Part shown: one piece after another, positions 38,185 to 47,554 of the stretch
Position numbering within the stretch: position 1 is the first letter of the stretch
Layout of the letters: the number at the start of each line of letters is the position of its first letter
Source of the DNA: a plasmid
Sequence record: NZ_KX832927.1
DNA length: 64,000 bases
Direction: 5' to 3' (one strand)
Notes under the pieces: generated by a model
Database searches by the model: none
What the model saw: only the letters and a program-made list of their open reading frames with translations
What the model was told of the DNA's origin: nothing
Program-made: the position numbers and the translations under genes

Positions 38185-39720
38185 ATGCCAAAAATCACTC
38201 TTTCTCAAGAACAAGAAGCAATTTTAGCCTCAGAAGAAAAGTATATTTGTTGTCAGGCTTATGCAGGTTCTGGAAAAACCTTCATATTGACTCAATTGGC
38301 AAAGCGTAATCCGGATAAACGTATTTTGTACTTAGCCTACAACAAAGGCATACAGACAGAAGCATCACAAAAATTTCCTTCTAATACCAAAGTGATCACC
38401 ACTCATGCAATGGCATATCGGTATTTGAAGAATTTGAAATACAAAATGAAGTTTAATTTCAATGGATTCGATGTGGCAAGGCTACTAAACATTACATCTG
38501 TTCAATTGCAATTTCTCATAATCGAGACTTTAAATAAATTTTATAGGTCTGATGATTATTCCTTACATATACATCACGTTCCAACAGAGAACACAAGCAA
38601 TGGTAAAAAACATGCTGAAAATGTTAGGAAAAGCGCATTAGAAAATTCAAAACTCATTTTTGAATTACAAGCTGACCCTAAAAATGACTTTCCTGCTCCC
38701 CCTGACTTTTACATAAAATATTTTCAGTTAGTCGCCCCTCCCCTACATACATGGTTCGACATCATTTTGTTTGATGAAGCACAGGATGCCAACTTAGTAA
38801 CGAAGGCAATGCTTGATAAATGTGAATGTAAACGAATCTTTGTAGGTGATACGCACCAGATGATCAACCGCTGGCGTGGGGCAAATGATGCCCTAAATGC
38901 ATCTGTACGTGATGGGGCTCAGATATTGCGTCTAACTACGTCATATCGGTTTGGACGATGTGTAGCTGCTATAGCTAATGCCATACTGATGCTAAAAGGT
39001 GAGACTGTAAGCCTTAAAACGACCGGTATTACCGATAGGCTCATAAGTAAAGCTGAAATCAAGAATATCTTCCCTAGAACTGTGATTTCACGCACCAATC
39101 TATCTGTGTTGATCAATGCAATTGACGCTGGAAGATGCGGTAAAAAAGTGTTCTTCGTAGGTGGTATTGATAGATATGCTTTAGACGATATTGCTGATTT
39201 TTACTATCTGTATATCGGCAATACGAAAATGATAAAGAGAAAAGCATTTTTATACGACTATCCCAATTGGGACCGCGTTGTAAGCGTTGCAGAAAATTCA
39301 GGCGACAATACATTGAAAAGGACGATACACCTAATTGAAAATGAGCCTGATATTCTAGAGCTGGTTGATAAAATTAAAGAAGTAGCTGTTATTAATTATA
39401 AAGAAGCTGATTTAACGCTTGTAACTGCACATTCATCTAAAGGGCTCGAATGGGAATATATTGAGATTGATGATGATTATGTTTCATTAGTTGAATATAT
39501 TGAAAAAACACCAAAGGAAAGACAAAACCTTATATTTATTAATGATGAATTAAATTTATTATATGTAGCAGTAACAAGAGCTACGAAAGCCCTGTCAGTA
39601 TCAATGTTGATAATGGAAATTATTTCGTTAATAAAGAAAAGGAAAAATAAAAATATTCCGATACCTATTGTTACTCCAGCAGAGCTATTTTTATTTATTA
39701 ATCAAAAACATGTTGTTTGA
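38185..39720 (+). CDS. UvrD/PcrA-like superfamily 1 DNA helicase (about 511 aa from the ATG with SD; the ORF track starts at 38143)
   Basis: Walker A 'AGSGKTF', 'FDEAQD', 'VAVTRATKAL' (motif VI-like). Confidence 0.75.
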   Translation: MPKITLSQEQEAILASEEKYICCQAYAGSGKTFILTQLAKRNPDKRILYLAYNKGIQTEASQKFPSNTKVITTHAMAYRYLKNLKYKMKFNFNGFDVARLLNITSVQLQFLIIETLNKFYRSDDYSLHIHHVPTENTSNGKKHAENVRKSALENSKLIFELQADPKNDFPAPPDFYIKYFQLVAPPLHTWFDIILFDEAQDANLVTKAMLDKCECKRIFVGDTHQMINRWRGANDALNASVRDGAQILRLTTSYRFGRCVAAIANAILMLKGETVSLKTTGITDRLISKAEIKNIFPRTVISRTNLSVLINAIDAGRCGKKVFFVGGIDRYALDDIADFYYLYIGNTKMIKRKAFLYDYPNWDRVVSVAENSGDNTLKRTIHLIENEPDILELVDKIKEVAVINYKEADLTLVTAHSSKGLEWEYIEIDDDYVSLVEYIEKTPKERQNLIFINDELNLLYVAVTRATKALSVSMLIMEIISLIKKRKNKNIPIPIVTPAELFLFINQKHVV

Positions 39721-39814
39721 AAGAATATATAAATGCCGATAATAGCCATCATTTATCCAATCCAAAAATAGTTGTATCGGCAAGGTGATTTTTAAAGCTA
39801 ATGAAGTATAGTTA

Positions 39815-40891
39815 TTATTCGGTAATTCTATCCTCACCAACTTTAAAATCCGGATTTGCTTCTAAAGAGAAGCGCCACAGCCCAAGAACGTTTCCTTTGT
39901 AATCTTCAGGGATTTTAACTGAAAAAACGTCAGGTTCCGCTCTAGAGGTAATAGCTGTTACTTCCTGTTCATATACGGTATGTTCATTGAATGCCTCAGT
40001 TATCATAGAACTTAGATTACCAAGTATTGAAAATCCATTTTTTTCAAAGTCCTCCATAGATTGGGGGGAAAATGAATAACGTACACTCTGTAACGTATTA
40101 CTCTGAGTCATTACCGCTTCTGGTTCACCACACTCCCACTGACCGAATCTCATAAGATAGAAAGCTATATTTTTTTCATTGTGCTCAATAATTTCTTCTC
40201 CATCACAATACATTTTCACATCACCACAGACAAAATGAGCATAATTGTCATCATTGATAGAAATATCTTTTGTATTATCAGCTACTAGTTCGATGATAAG
40301 TGGAGGCTTTGTTGCAATCATGACATCGCCAAGCATTGCCATTTCACTATTTCCTAAAGAATGCAAAGCACATGTTTCATATTTTGTTTTGCGTTCAATA
40401 AATGAAGTTACCGGAAGTAAAGTCCATATTCTTAGACTACGATAGTATATTGCAAAAAAGAGAGGTATTTGGTTTATTTCACTGTATCGCTGAAGCTTTT
40501 CAACATAATTATTTGTAAGAAAATATGATGCTTTAGGGTTAGGTTGATTACAATTTTTCACTTCAACAAATATTTGTCTCCCATCTTTCAAAATGAGTCT
40601 GTAATCTGGTAACTCAATTTCGTCATCATCATAAATTACATCACCGGTATCTTCAGTTTTAATCAGTCTACAACCATGCAGACCAGCGACCACTTCACTA
40701 AAACAGGATTCCATACGCTTGCCGTGAAGTAAAATTGCATTTTCCTGTGATGCTTTGAGAGAGTCACGAAATACATGAAGAAATTTTTCAGTATCTTCTT
40801 GTGATCTAAGCTTAAAGCCATGTTCACGGCTGAATGCTGTAAATACCTCTAGTGCTTCGAATTTTTCAGGGTTCCGTTCTAGGCGTTTCAT
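39815..40891 (-). CDS. Hypothetical protein with a putative PD-(D/E)xK nuclease-like core (358 aa)
   Basis: 'DYRLILKDGRQIFVEVKNC' fits the D...(E/D)xK pattern. Convergent with the helicase gene. Confidence 0.45.
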   Translation of the reverse strand: MKRLERNPEKFEALEVFTAFSREHGFKLRSQEDTEKFLHVFRDSLKASQENAILLHGKRMESCFSEVVAGLHGCRLIKTEDTGDVIYDDDEIELPDYRLILKDGRQIFVEVKNCNQPNPKASYFLTNNYVEKLQRYSEINQIPLFFAIYYRSLRIWTLLPVTSFIERKTKYETCALHSLGNSEMAMLGDVMIATKPPLIIELVADNTKDISINDDNYAHFVCGDVKMYCDGEEIIEHNEKNIAFYLMRFGQWECGEPEAVMTQSNTLQSVRYSFSPQSMEDFEKNGFSILGNLSSMITEAFNEHTVYEQEVTAITSRAEPDVFSVKIPEDYKGNVLGLWRFSLEANPDFKVGEDRITE

Positions 40892-40932
40892 AGTTTTTCA
40901 CTTATAGTAAGATACACAAAATACGATAAACA

Positions 40933-41499
40933 TTAACTATCAGTTTGTATAGCTAAAAGCATTTCTAAATGATGTTTCACCAGAAATTTGATAATGACTC
41001 TATCATAACCGAGATATTGCTCGACTGATAAATTAGCAATGAATGCGGCTTCAGTCATTGTTATACCATTAGGGTTTTGTTCTAAACCTAAAATTCGCCT
41101 CATAGCCTCTGATTCAGCCCCTCTCATGAGAGTAAACACTTCATCAGAGCAACGATGTTCTGGAAGTAATTCCTTCGTGATTTTCAAGGGATTTACGCCA
41201 CCATGATAATTTCCTGTTTTGTCTCTTTCGATAAGGTTAATTGCTTGGTTTCCGTCGCGAAAATCAATTAAAGGGTCTATGACGGTATGAGCCTTTGTCT
41301 CGATCCATGAGTATTGCAAAATGCTGTTTGTGTAAGCTAAATCCGTCTCCGGAGTTTGGACCAGTTCTTGCTTATAGATACCAATCACAGCCTCGCCCTC
41401 GATGTATCCCTCTTTTAATAATTGTCGGCATAAAAGATATGAATATGGGTACATCTGAATATCGTCAGCTATTGTTCTCAGACTCGTGTATTTTTCCAT
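40933..41499 (-). CDS. Hypothetical protein (188 aa)
   Basis: ORF with no recognised motifs. Confidence 0.45.
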   Translation of the reverse strand: MEKYTSLRTIADDIQMYPYSYLLCRQLLKEGYIEGEAVIGIYKQELVQTPETDLAYTNSILQYSWIETKAHTVIDPLIDFRDGNQAINLIERDKTGNYHGGVNPLKITKELLPEHRCSDEVFTLMRGAESEAMRRILGLEQNPNGITMTEAAFIANLSVEQYLGYDRVIIKFLVKHHLEMLLAIQTDS

Positions 41500-41557
41500 T
41501 TTGAATCCAAAAAAGCCCCAAAAAAGGGCTGTAAGGTAGTTTTGGGAGAGTTACCGA

Positions 41558-42532
41558 TCATTTATTGGTGGTGTTCGCGTTTACTTTTTCATAATGAATA
41601 GAATCCGTTCTTTCATCGGGGTTTTTCGCGCTAAGTAATATAAATGTATAATTTTGTTTACCGTGAGTGATGAATAAGTCTGTGCCGCCCCACACTTCAG
41701 AACTTGGCTTTTTCGATAGGAGCAAAATATTATTTGGTAACAATTTGATATCGAAATGATCGTCATGGTCGGAGCCATTGATGAAGTAGTTGAGCTCTTT
41801 CACGGCTTCGGATTGTGTAGGTAGGAAAATTTTCACCGCAAAATTACGGTATAGATAGACTTTTGTTTGTGAATTTGGAGCGTATGGGATCGTTAATTGC
41901 TTCCCTACATAGTCGAGGTTTTGGTCATTTTCATGACGTTTGTTTCTTTCTTCCAACGCTGCATCGAATACGTTTTTAAAGTCTTGTTGCTGTGTTGGAG
42001 CCTGATTGCTGTAATATACGTCACTGAGTTCCTGCTCTACCGGTGCAGGCGGTTGACCTGTAAAGTCGGTACTTAATGCCTGAGTGTGTTCTACTACTGA
42101 AGTAGCAGCTTCGTTAACAGGCTCAAGCATTTCATTATTTTTTTGTTCGCTATCTGATGCTAGTTGTTTTTCTGTGTCGCCAGAATGTTCCTTTACTGCT
42201 TCTGAGAGCGTTTTAGCAACTTCAACTGTCACAGTGTCGGATTTAACTTCTAATGTAGGAGAATCGGTTTTAGCTACGTTCTCGGCATTGTTCGATTCTG
42301 GTTCTGCCTCTTTGGGATTGTTAAAAACAGGAATAGAGGTTTCAACGTCACTATAATAATTAACATCAATTTCTGTCGTGTCTGTTGCTGGCTTGAGTAA
42401 AAAAAATGCTGCTATTGCACCCGCTGAAACCGCAATTGCAATCACGGATTTTTTATTCAGAAGAAAACCAAGTCCTTTTTTACTTTCACTTTTTTTAGTA
42501 TTGGAAGAAACATCCGTCATTTTGAGCCTCAA
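41558..42532 (-). CDS. Membrane-anchored hypothetical protein (324 aa) with an acidic, low-complexity extracytoplasmic region
   Basis: A single transmembrane helix near the N-terminus, then a Glu/Thr/Ser-rich linker and a C-terminal globular part. Confidence 0.5.
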   Translation of the reverse strand: MRLKMTDVSSNTKKSESKKGLGFLLNKKSVIAIAVSAGAIAAFFLLKPATDTTEIDVNYYSDVETSIPVFNNPKEAEPESNNAENVAKTDSPTLEVKSDTVTVEVAKTLSEAVKEHSGDTEKQLASDSEQKNNEMLEPVNEAATSVVEHTQALSTDFTGQPPAPVEQELSDVYYSNQAPTQQQDFKNVFDAALEERNKRHENDQNLDYVGKQLTIPYAPNSQTKVYLYRNFAVKIFLPTQSEAVKELNYFINGSDHDDHFDIKLLPNNILLLSKKPSSEVWGGTDLFITHGKQNYTFILLSAKNPDERTDSIHYEKVNANTTNK

Positions 42533-42609
42533 TAATCTGCGTTACGTGTATCTGCTATATGTTATAGAATTACGCCCTACGAATAGGGCGCAAAGGTTCT
42601 AAAATCGTA

Positions 42610-43545
42610 TTACTTTCTCAACAGAAATAATTTATTGGCTATCATTTTTCCGTCCATGAGTGTTAGACGGTCAGATGTTCTGTGACTGTATAGAATTGCA
42701 TCGTTTGAAAATTTACCTGATGTGACTAGAAATACATGCTTAAATTCGGGTTCTGATTCAAGCACACCAACCATTTCACGAGCGATAGCAACACCTACAT
42801 TGTCTGATTTCCAGTGTTTGCATTGAGCGAAAACCTTGATTCCATCACGTTCCATAATGATATCTTTCCCACCGTCTGGTCCATAATTAGTGACAGTAGC
42901 TCTGTACCCAAGGCTGTTGAATAACTCTCTTATAAATTCCTCAAATTCTCTCCACGATAGTTCGCGAATAAATTGCAATGCATCTTCATGATAGGTGGCG
43001 TTAAAAAGTACCTTTTTAAACATAGTTTGCTGTTTATAACGAAAGTAGACACTTGCAGAATAAGCCACGAGCAGAAATGCAACGCACGAACGTAATATAT
43101 GGAAAATATAATATGAACAAACGGGAATATTCCTCAGAGAGAATAATTTATTCGCACTGCTTTTCCCAAAAATATCAGCATATGCTGTTTTAATATCACC
43201 CCATATTAGTTGTATGATTTTCGTTGTTATTACATGGTCATAACGAAGAAAAAATACCGTTATTGTTGTAACAGCAATTATCACTAATGCAACTTGAGGG
43301 TTTAATAGAGGGGCATTTCTTTTAATTCCCACTGAAGCCCATTCAGGTTTCTTTTTCTTGTGTAACCTCAATATTTTGCTGCTAGGTGATAACATATAAA
43401 TAGCGAATAAAGGTATTACTAAAGTTAAAACTCTCGCAATAGAATCAAATCTAAGAAATACCAGAATGGTCATATAGAATATAAATGCAATATTCATATT
43501 AGTTACATAGGGATTTCGTTTCTTAAATCTACGCTTTCTTCTCAT
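42610..43545 (-). CDS. Membrane-anchored protein with a C-terminal Mrr-like restriction-endonuclease (Mrr_cat) domain
   Basis: Several N-terminal transmembrane helices. The C-terminal 'EFEEFIRELFNSLGYRATVTNYGPDGGKDIIMERDGIKVFAQCKHW' matches the Mrr N-terminal catalytic domain pattern (D...D...QCK). Confidence 0.6.
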   Translation of the reverse strand: MRRKRRFKKRNPYVTNMNIAFIFYMTILVFLRFDSIARVLTLVIPLFAIYMLSPSSKILRLHKKKKPEWASVGIKRNAPLLNPQVALVIIAVTTITVFFLRYDHVITTKIIQLIWGDIKTAYADIFGKSSANKLFSLRNIPVCSYYIFHILRSCVAFLLVAYSASVYFRYKQQTMFKKVLFNATYHEDALQFIRELSWREFEEFIRELFNSLGYRATVTNYGPDGGKDIIMERDGIKVFAQCKHWKSDNVGVAIAREMVGVLESEPEFKHVFLVTSGKFSNDAILYSHRTSDRLTLMDGKMIANKLFLLRK

Positions 43546-43562
43546 TACAACATTCCAATTTA

Positions 43563-44132
43563 CTAAAATAGTAGCTCTGTCACAGTAAGTAAGGCTCCGT
43601 TCGGAGTGATATGTATTCCATCCTTTGTGCGAACTGTTGTCCCATCTATGGCATCCTTGTATGTTTCACCAAGAACCGTTCGCGTATCTACGGTGGTGAT
43701 CCCCTCTATCTGCGAAGCCGTCATTATGGCGTGCCGAGTGTTATCTAATAGTCTGTTTTTGGTGGGGTCTTTAAGGGTTGGAGGAAGTAACCAGATCACA
43801 TTTTGGTTTCTGGCTTTTATGGTTTGGATAAAATGCCGAACTTTAGAGGTGTACTTTTCTTTTTCTGATATTTGAACATGGTCGTTAGTACCGAGAATCA
43901 CATAAACGGTATCGTATTTTTCAAAACTGAATTGCTCTGCGTATCTCTGCCAATCAAGGATCTTCTTTGTGGATAATCCGCTACCTACTTTGTATCGAGC
44001 ATCAACAGCTTGGATTGTGCTGTACCCTTTAGCTATCTCATAGGTAAGTGAATCTCCTATAAAAACAGGTTTGCTGTATGACATAGAAGAAAATAAAAGG
44101 GAGCTGATTACTGAGATTTTATAAATATTCAT
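43563..44132 (-). CDS. Secreted SGNH/GDSL-family hydrolase
   Basis: Signal peptide. 'FIGDSLT' (GDSL block I), 'GTND' (block III), 'DGIHIT' (block V, DxxH). Confidence 0.65.
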   Translation of the reverse strand: MNIYKISVISSLLFSSMSYSKPVFIGDSLTYEIAKGYSTIQAVDARYKVGSGLSTKKILDWQRYAEQFSFEKYDTVYVILGTNDHVQISEKEKYTSKVRHFIQTIKARNQNVIWLLPPTLKDPTKNRLLDNTRHAIMTASQIEGITTVDTRTVLGETYKDAIDGTTVRTKDGIHITPNGALLTVTELLF

Positions 44133-44472
44133 TGCAACCCATATCAGTTATAAGCCAAATCTCACTACTTTGACTTGTGTTCTTTTTAAGCAATATCGAG
44201 CATGGTATAGATGCCATATCAATTTTTATTAATGTGTTGCCACTCCCCTTCACCTCATAGAGTTGCTTTATTTCGTTGGATTCAAGACCAGTAATCTCTC
44301 TTGCCAGTACATAGGTATCAGCTACTCTGTCGAAGCCACCAGAACTGACATGCTTATCTTGTGCGGCTTGCGTCACAAGATGCTCGTGTGTAGTGATCGC
44401 CCCTGTGGTAGAACCACAAGAGGACAAGAAAAAGCAAACTAATGCGATACAGCTTCTATTTATCCCCATCAT
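44119..44472 (-). CDS. Lipoprotein (117 aa)
   Basis: Lipobox 'LSSCGS'. Overlaps both neighbours, so likely an operon. Confidence 0.5.
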   Translation of the reverse strand: MMGINRSCIALVCFFLSSCGSTTGAITTHEHLVTQAAQDKHVSSGGFDRVADTYVLAREITGLESNEIKQLYEVKGSGNTLIKIDMASIPCSILLKKNTSQSSEIWLITDMGCNEYL

Positions 44473-45205
44473 TCCCCTCTGCCGTTTGAGCTTCAGAAAT
44501 TACTTTTAAGCTATTCTCCCCTATATCAAAATCGCTTTTCATAAACTCAAGTGTAAAAGCCGTGGCTAAATACCGGCTTATCAAAAGTTCCTTTTTAACA
44601 AGCCCTCGCAAATGCCGTGGAGTTCCAACCGCATTTTCAAAAAACCGTGAATCCCATGAGTGATCCCTGTTATCGCCAAGAACAAAAACATATCCATCAG
44701 GGATTACCCATTGTGTATAAATTGGCTTAACGAATGGTTTACGGTTATCAATGACGTACTCATATTGTTGCGCATTACGTTCCTGAAGCGCCTGATAGGT
44801 ACTCGTATGGTCATTATGAAGGTTTAGCTGCCCGATCATCCTTCCGTTGATCTGGACCGACTTATCATCGGTATAAGTGACAGTATCGCCAGCCAATCCG
44901 ATAATGCGTTTTACATAAATGAATGAAGGGAATGCAGGAGCTCGGAAAATCACGATATCCCCACGCATCAATTGCTCTTTTTGCGCATCAACCGGCTTTG
45001 CAAAAATGAGATCACCAGCTTTCAATGTCGGTGCCATAGAGGATGTAGGGATAATGTAATAGTCCAATAGGTAGGATTTAACGGACCATACAATAAGTGA
45101 AATTATTACCAAACTGACAGTATAAAAACTAGGCTTACGTTTACGATATACGAGGTAAAGAATTCGTAGGATAAGTGCAATAATAAGGGTACTTATGAAG
45201 TTCAT
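44456..45205 (-). CDS. Signal peptidase I (LepB-like S26 peptidase)
   Basis: Box B 'PTSSMAPTL' (catalytic Ser). Box E 'GDNRDHSWDSRF'. N-terminal transmembrane helices. Confidence 0.8.
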   Translation of the reverse strand: MNFISTLIIALILRILYLVYRKRKPSFYTVSLVIISLIVWSVKSYLLDYYIIPTSSMAPTLKAGDLIFAKPVDAQKEQLMRGDIVIFRAPAFPSFIYVKRIIGLAGDTVTYTDDKSVQINGRMIGQLNLHNDHTSTYQALQERNAQQYEYVIDNRKPFVKPIYTQWVIPDGYVFVLGDNRDHSWDSRFFENAVGTPRHLRGLVKKELLISRYLATAFTLEFMKSDFDIGENSLKVISEAQTAEGNDGDK

Positions 45206-45285
45206 GACCTTCAGCCTTCAGAAATCAAAAAGGCAATGTACCCGTTATGTAGTATCTTTTTTCTTAGTAAACAGTCATAAAAGTA

Positions 45286-45708
45286 TCACTTTCTATTTTG
45301 GTGGTGCATGGTTATGGCTCTCAAATATCCATAAAACCATAACATATTAAAGTGGCTACTTATTTTTAAAGGCAAAAAATAACATATAGTGTCACTGGAA
45401 AAAACAAGATGTCCTATCTTATTATTAACTGTTTTAAAGCTGATTGAATCAATATAATTTTTAGAGTGTTCAAAATAGATATGATAGCAATATACATAAA
45501 TTGTAAGAAGAAAGAATGATGCGAATACCTTAGATAATTCAATTAACGGAATAGATTCAACAAAATCGCCTACTAATGCAATTAAAACAGTTAATATTAA
45601 TACTGAAATATCAATTATATTTCTTTTTCGAATTAACATATATGCTGGATATACACAAATGACGGTTAAAAAAATGATCCGAATGAATGTAGTGTATTTA
45701 TTCTTCAT
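45286..45708 (-). CDS. Hypothetical membrane protein (140 aa)
   Basis: Three or four hydrophobic helices. Overlaps the upstream gene. Confidence 0.45.
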   Translation of the reverse strand: MKNKYTTFIRIIFLTVICVYPAYMLIRKRNIIDISVLILTVLIALVGDFVESIPLIELSKVFASFFLLTIYVYCYHIYFEHSKNYIDSISFKTVNNKIGHLVFSSDTICYFLPLKISSHFNMLWFYGYLRAITMHHQNRK

Positions 45709-46705
45709 TAGACCACCATTCAGGAGCTGCTAATGAATCCTCTGAAACTTTCCAACCAAAGTTAATCAACATTTTCTTTATATTATAAGGTTTATCCATA
45801 AAATAACTCATGTGGGTTTTATTGTTCCTTGTGAGCTGCCCTGCCCTAACTGAAGTAATACCAATGTAGGTTGTTAAGTCTGACAGTGTATAACCCAAAT
45901 ACGTGATATCTGACAATTCGTCGATACACTTATTTTCATGAATAGTGTTTAGGATACCCTCTAATTCAGTTTTAACAAACATATACAATTGTCTGCTGTC
46001 ACTACCGGTTATTTTTTCACTTTCATTGCAGTGGATATTATGGACATTCTCATTATCCTTGTTGTTTTCAAGCCACCAATTAGGCGCATGTAAATTATTG
46101 CTAGTAACAACCCATCCATGATTAATAAGAACAAGCGCATTATTAAATGTATACTTTGAAAGTTTCACTTCATTAACTTCAGACAAAAATATTTCTTGCT
46201 TGTCAATGCATTCCAAAATACCAAGATCCATTAACATTGTAGTTATAGATGATTGATTTCTATGTATCTTATCTGCGATTGAGCTTAGGTTCATCTTGTT
46301 TTGTATCATGGAGATAACTGTATGAATTTCTTCATTAACCCATACTGTTTCATTACGATTCAAATCGTTAGTGTTGCTCATAGGGAATTGATCATTACTT
46401 ACCCACCACTTGGGGGCTTTAAGAGATTCCTCCCTGTTTGATAACTCATATATCCAACCAAGTTCTAATAATTTAGGAATAAATGATGAATGAGGAATGA
46501 GGTGATTTAAATTAGTATTCCTAGCCGTAGATATCTTATTATCCTTATAGTTTATTTCACACAACCCCATGTTCAATAATTTTGAGAGGACATCATTTAC
46601 ACTACGTCCGGTAAATCTGCATATCTTTTCGATGAAAAACGGCTCATTAATGGTTCCGAATAGTTTTGTTATTTCAGATAATGTCCATACCGTTAGATTT
46701 CGCAT
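45698..46705 (-). CDS. Hypothetical protein built from three tandem modules of about 110 aa (HTH-like segment followed by 'L..GW......L.AP.WW')
   Basis: Internal repeats seen in the translation: 'LLELGWIYELSNREESLKAPKWW', 'LINHGWVVTSNNLHAPNWW', 'LINFGWKVSEDSLAAPEWW'. Confidence 0.5.
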   Translation of the reverse strand: MRNLTVWTLSEITKLFGTINEPFFIEKICRFTGRSVNDVLSKLLNMGLCEINYKDNKISTARNTNLNHLIPHSSFIPKLLELGWIYELSNREESLKAPKWWVSNDQFPMSNTNDLNRNETVWVNEEIHTVISMIQNKMNLSSIADKIHRNQSSITTMLMDLGILECIDKQEIFLSEVNEVKLSKYTFNNALVLINHGWVVTSNNLHAPNWWLENNKDNENVHNIHCNESEKITGSDSRQLYMFVKTELEGILNTIHENKCIDELSDITYLGYTLSDLTTYIGITSVRAGQLTRNNKTHMSYFMDKPYNIKKMLINFGWKVSEDSLAAPEWWSNEE

Positions 46706-46725
46706 GTTTATTTCACTTGATGTAA

Positions 46726-47385
46726 TTAAAATGGGAATAAACCGTAATTTTCACAGCCTAGTTCTTCTCTTGATTCTGTTGATATAATAATTTGTTTCAA
46801 TTCGCTCAATAATTTTAATTGTTCAGTAATTACGTTCCTGTTTTCATTGTCAATAATATTTGTACTTGCAATTTCTTCAAATGCATCTTTCATATTGAAA
46901 ATACTCATTCTTTCGATATTCACACAAGTATTAGATGCTAGATAATTAATTAACCAATTTAATTTTACTAATTTATAACAGTAAATAACACAAGTATGAC
47001 CCACTCCAAATTCACCAGATAAAACATTTCTAGCGTGAAACACTAATTCTTCATATACTTTTAGAAATGCTAAACTTTGTGACGTTGCGCGGTGATTCGT
47101 TAATAGTTCATTTACTTTTTCAATATTCGAGGATAGATCATTTTCTTCAGGGAATGTGATTGTCACTGATTCTTGTTGCTGCCATTTTTGATTTTTATTA
47201 TTAAGGTGTATTTCCACATACTTTTGTAACCATATGTATTTAGTTTCATTTGATGGTATGGATGTGTAAAATATAAAAAAAGGAACGTTAAATAATAATG
47301 CGTATTTTATTGTTTTAACAGGAAAACTTAGTTTTACAGTTTCATCAAATGAACTGACAGTTCCTTTAGATTGTACAAAAAACAA
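46726..47385 (-). CDS. Hypothetical protein (219 aa)
   Basis: ORF with no recognised motifs. Confidence 0.45.
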   Translation of the reverse strand: MFFVQSKGTVSSFDETVKLSFPVKTIKYALLFNVPFFIFYTSIPSNETKYIWLQKYVEIHLNNKNQKWQQQESVTITFPEENDLSSNIEKVNELLTNHRATSQSLAFLKVYEELVFHARNVLSGEFGVGHTCVIYCYKLVKLNWLINYLASNTCVNIERMSIFNMKDAFEEIASTNIIDNENRNVITEQLKLLSELKQIIISTESREELGCENYGLFPF

Positions 47386-47554
47386 TCACCCGTTGGATTA
47401 CTGTTTTCAAATATTTCAATCATGAAGTCTGTCCCATAGTCACGTTCATCAATTGAACGTAACACCCACTTATCGCTAGGTATCTGGTTATTAACAATTT
47501 TTTTGCTTCTGTTTCGGTAATGTGCGTTTCAGATCTCATTTTTCCATCCTATCA

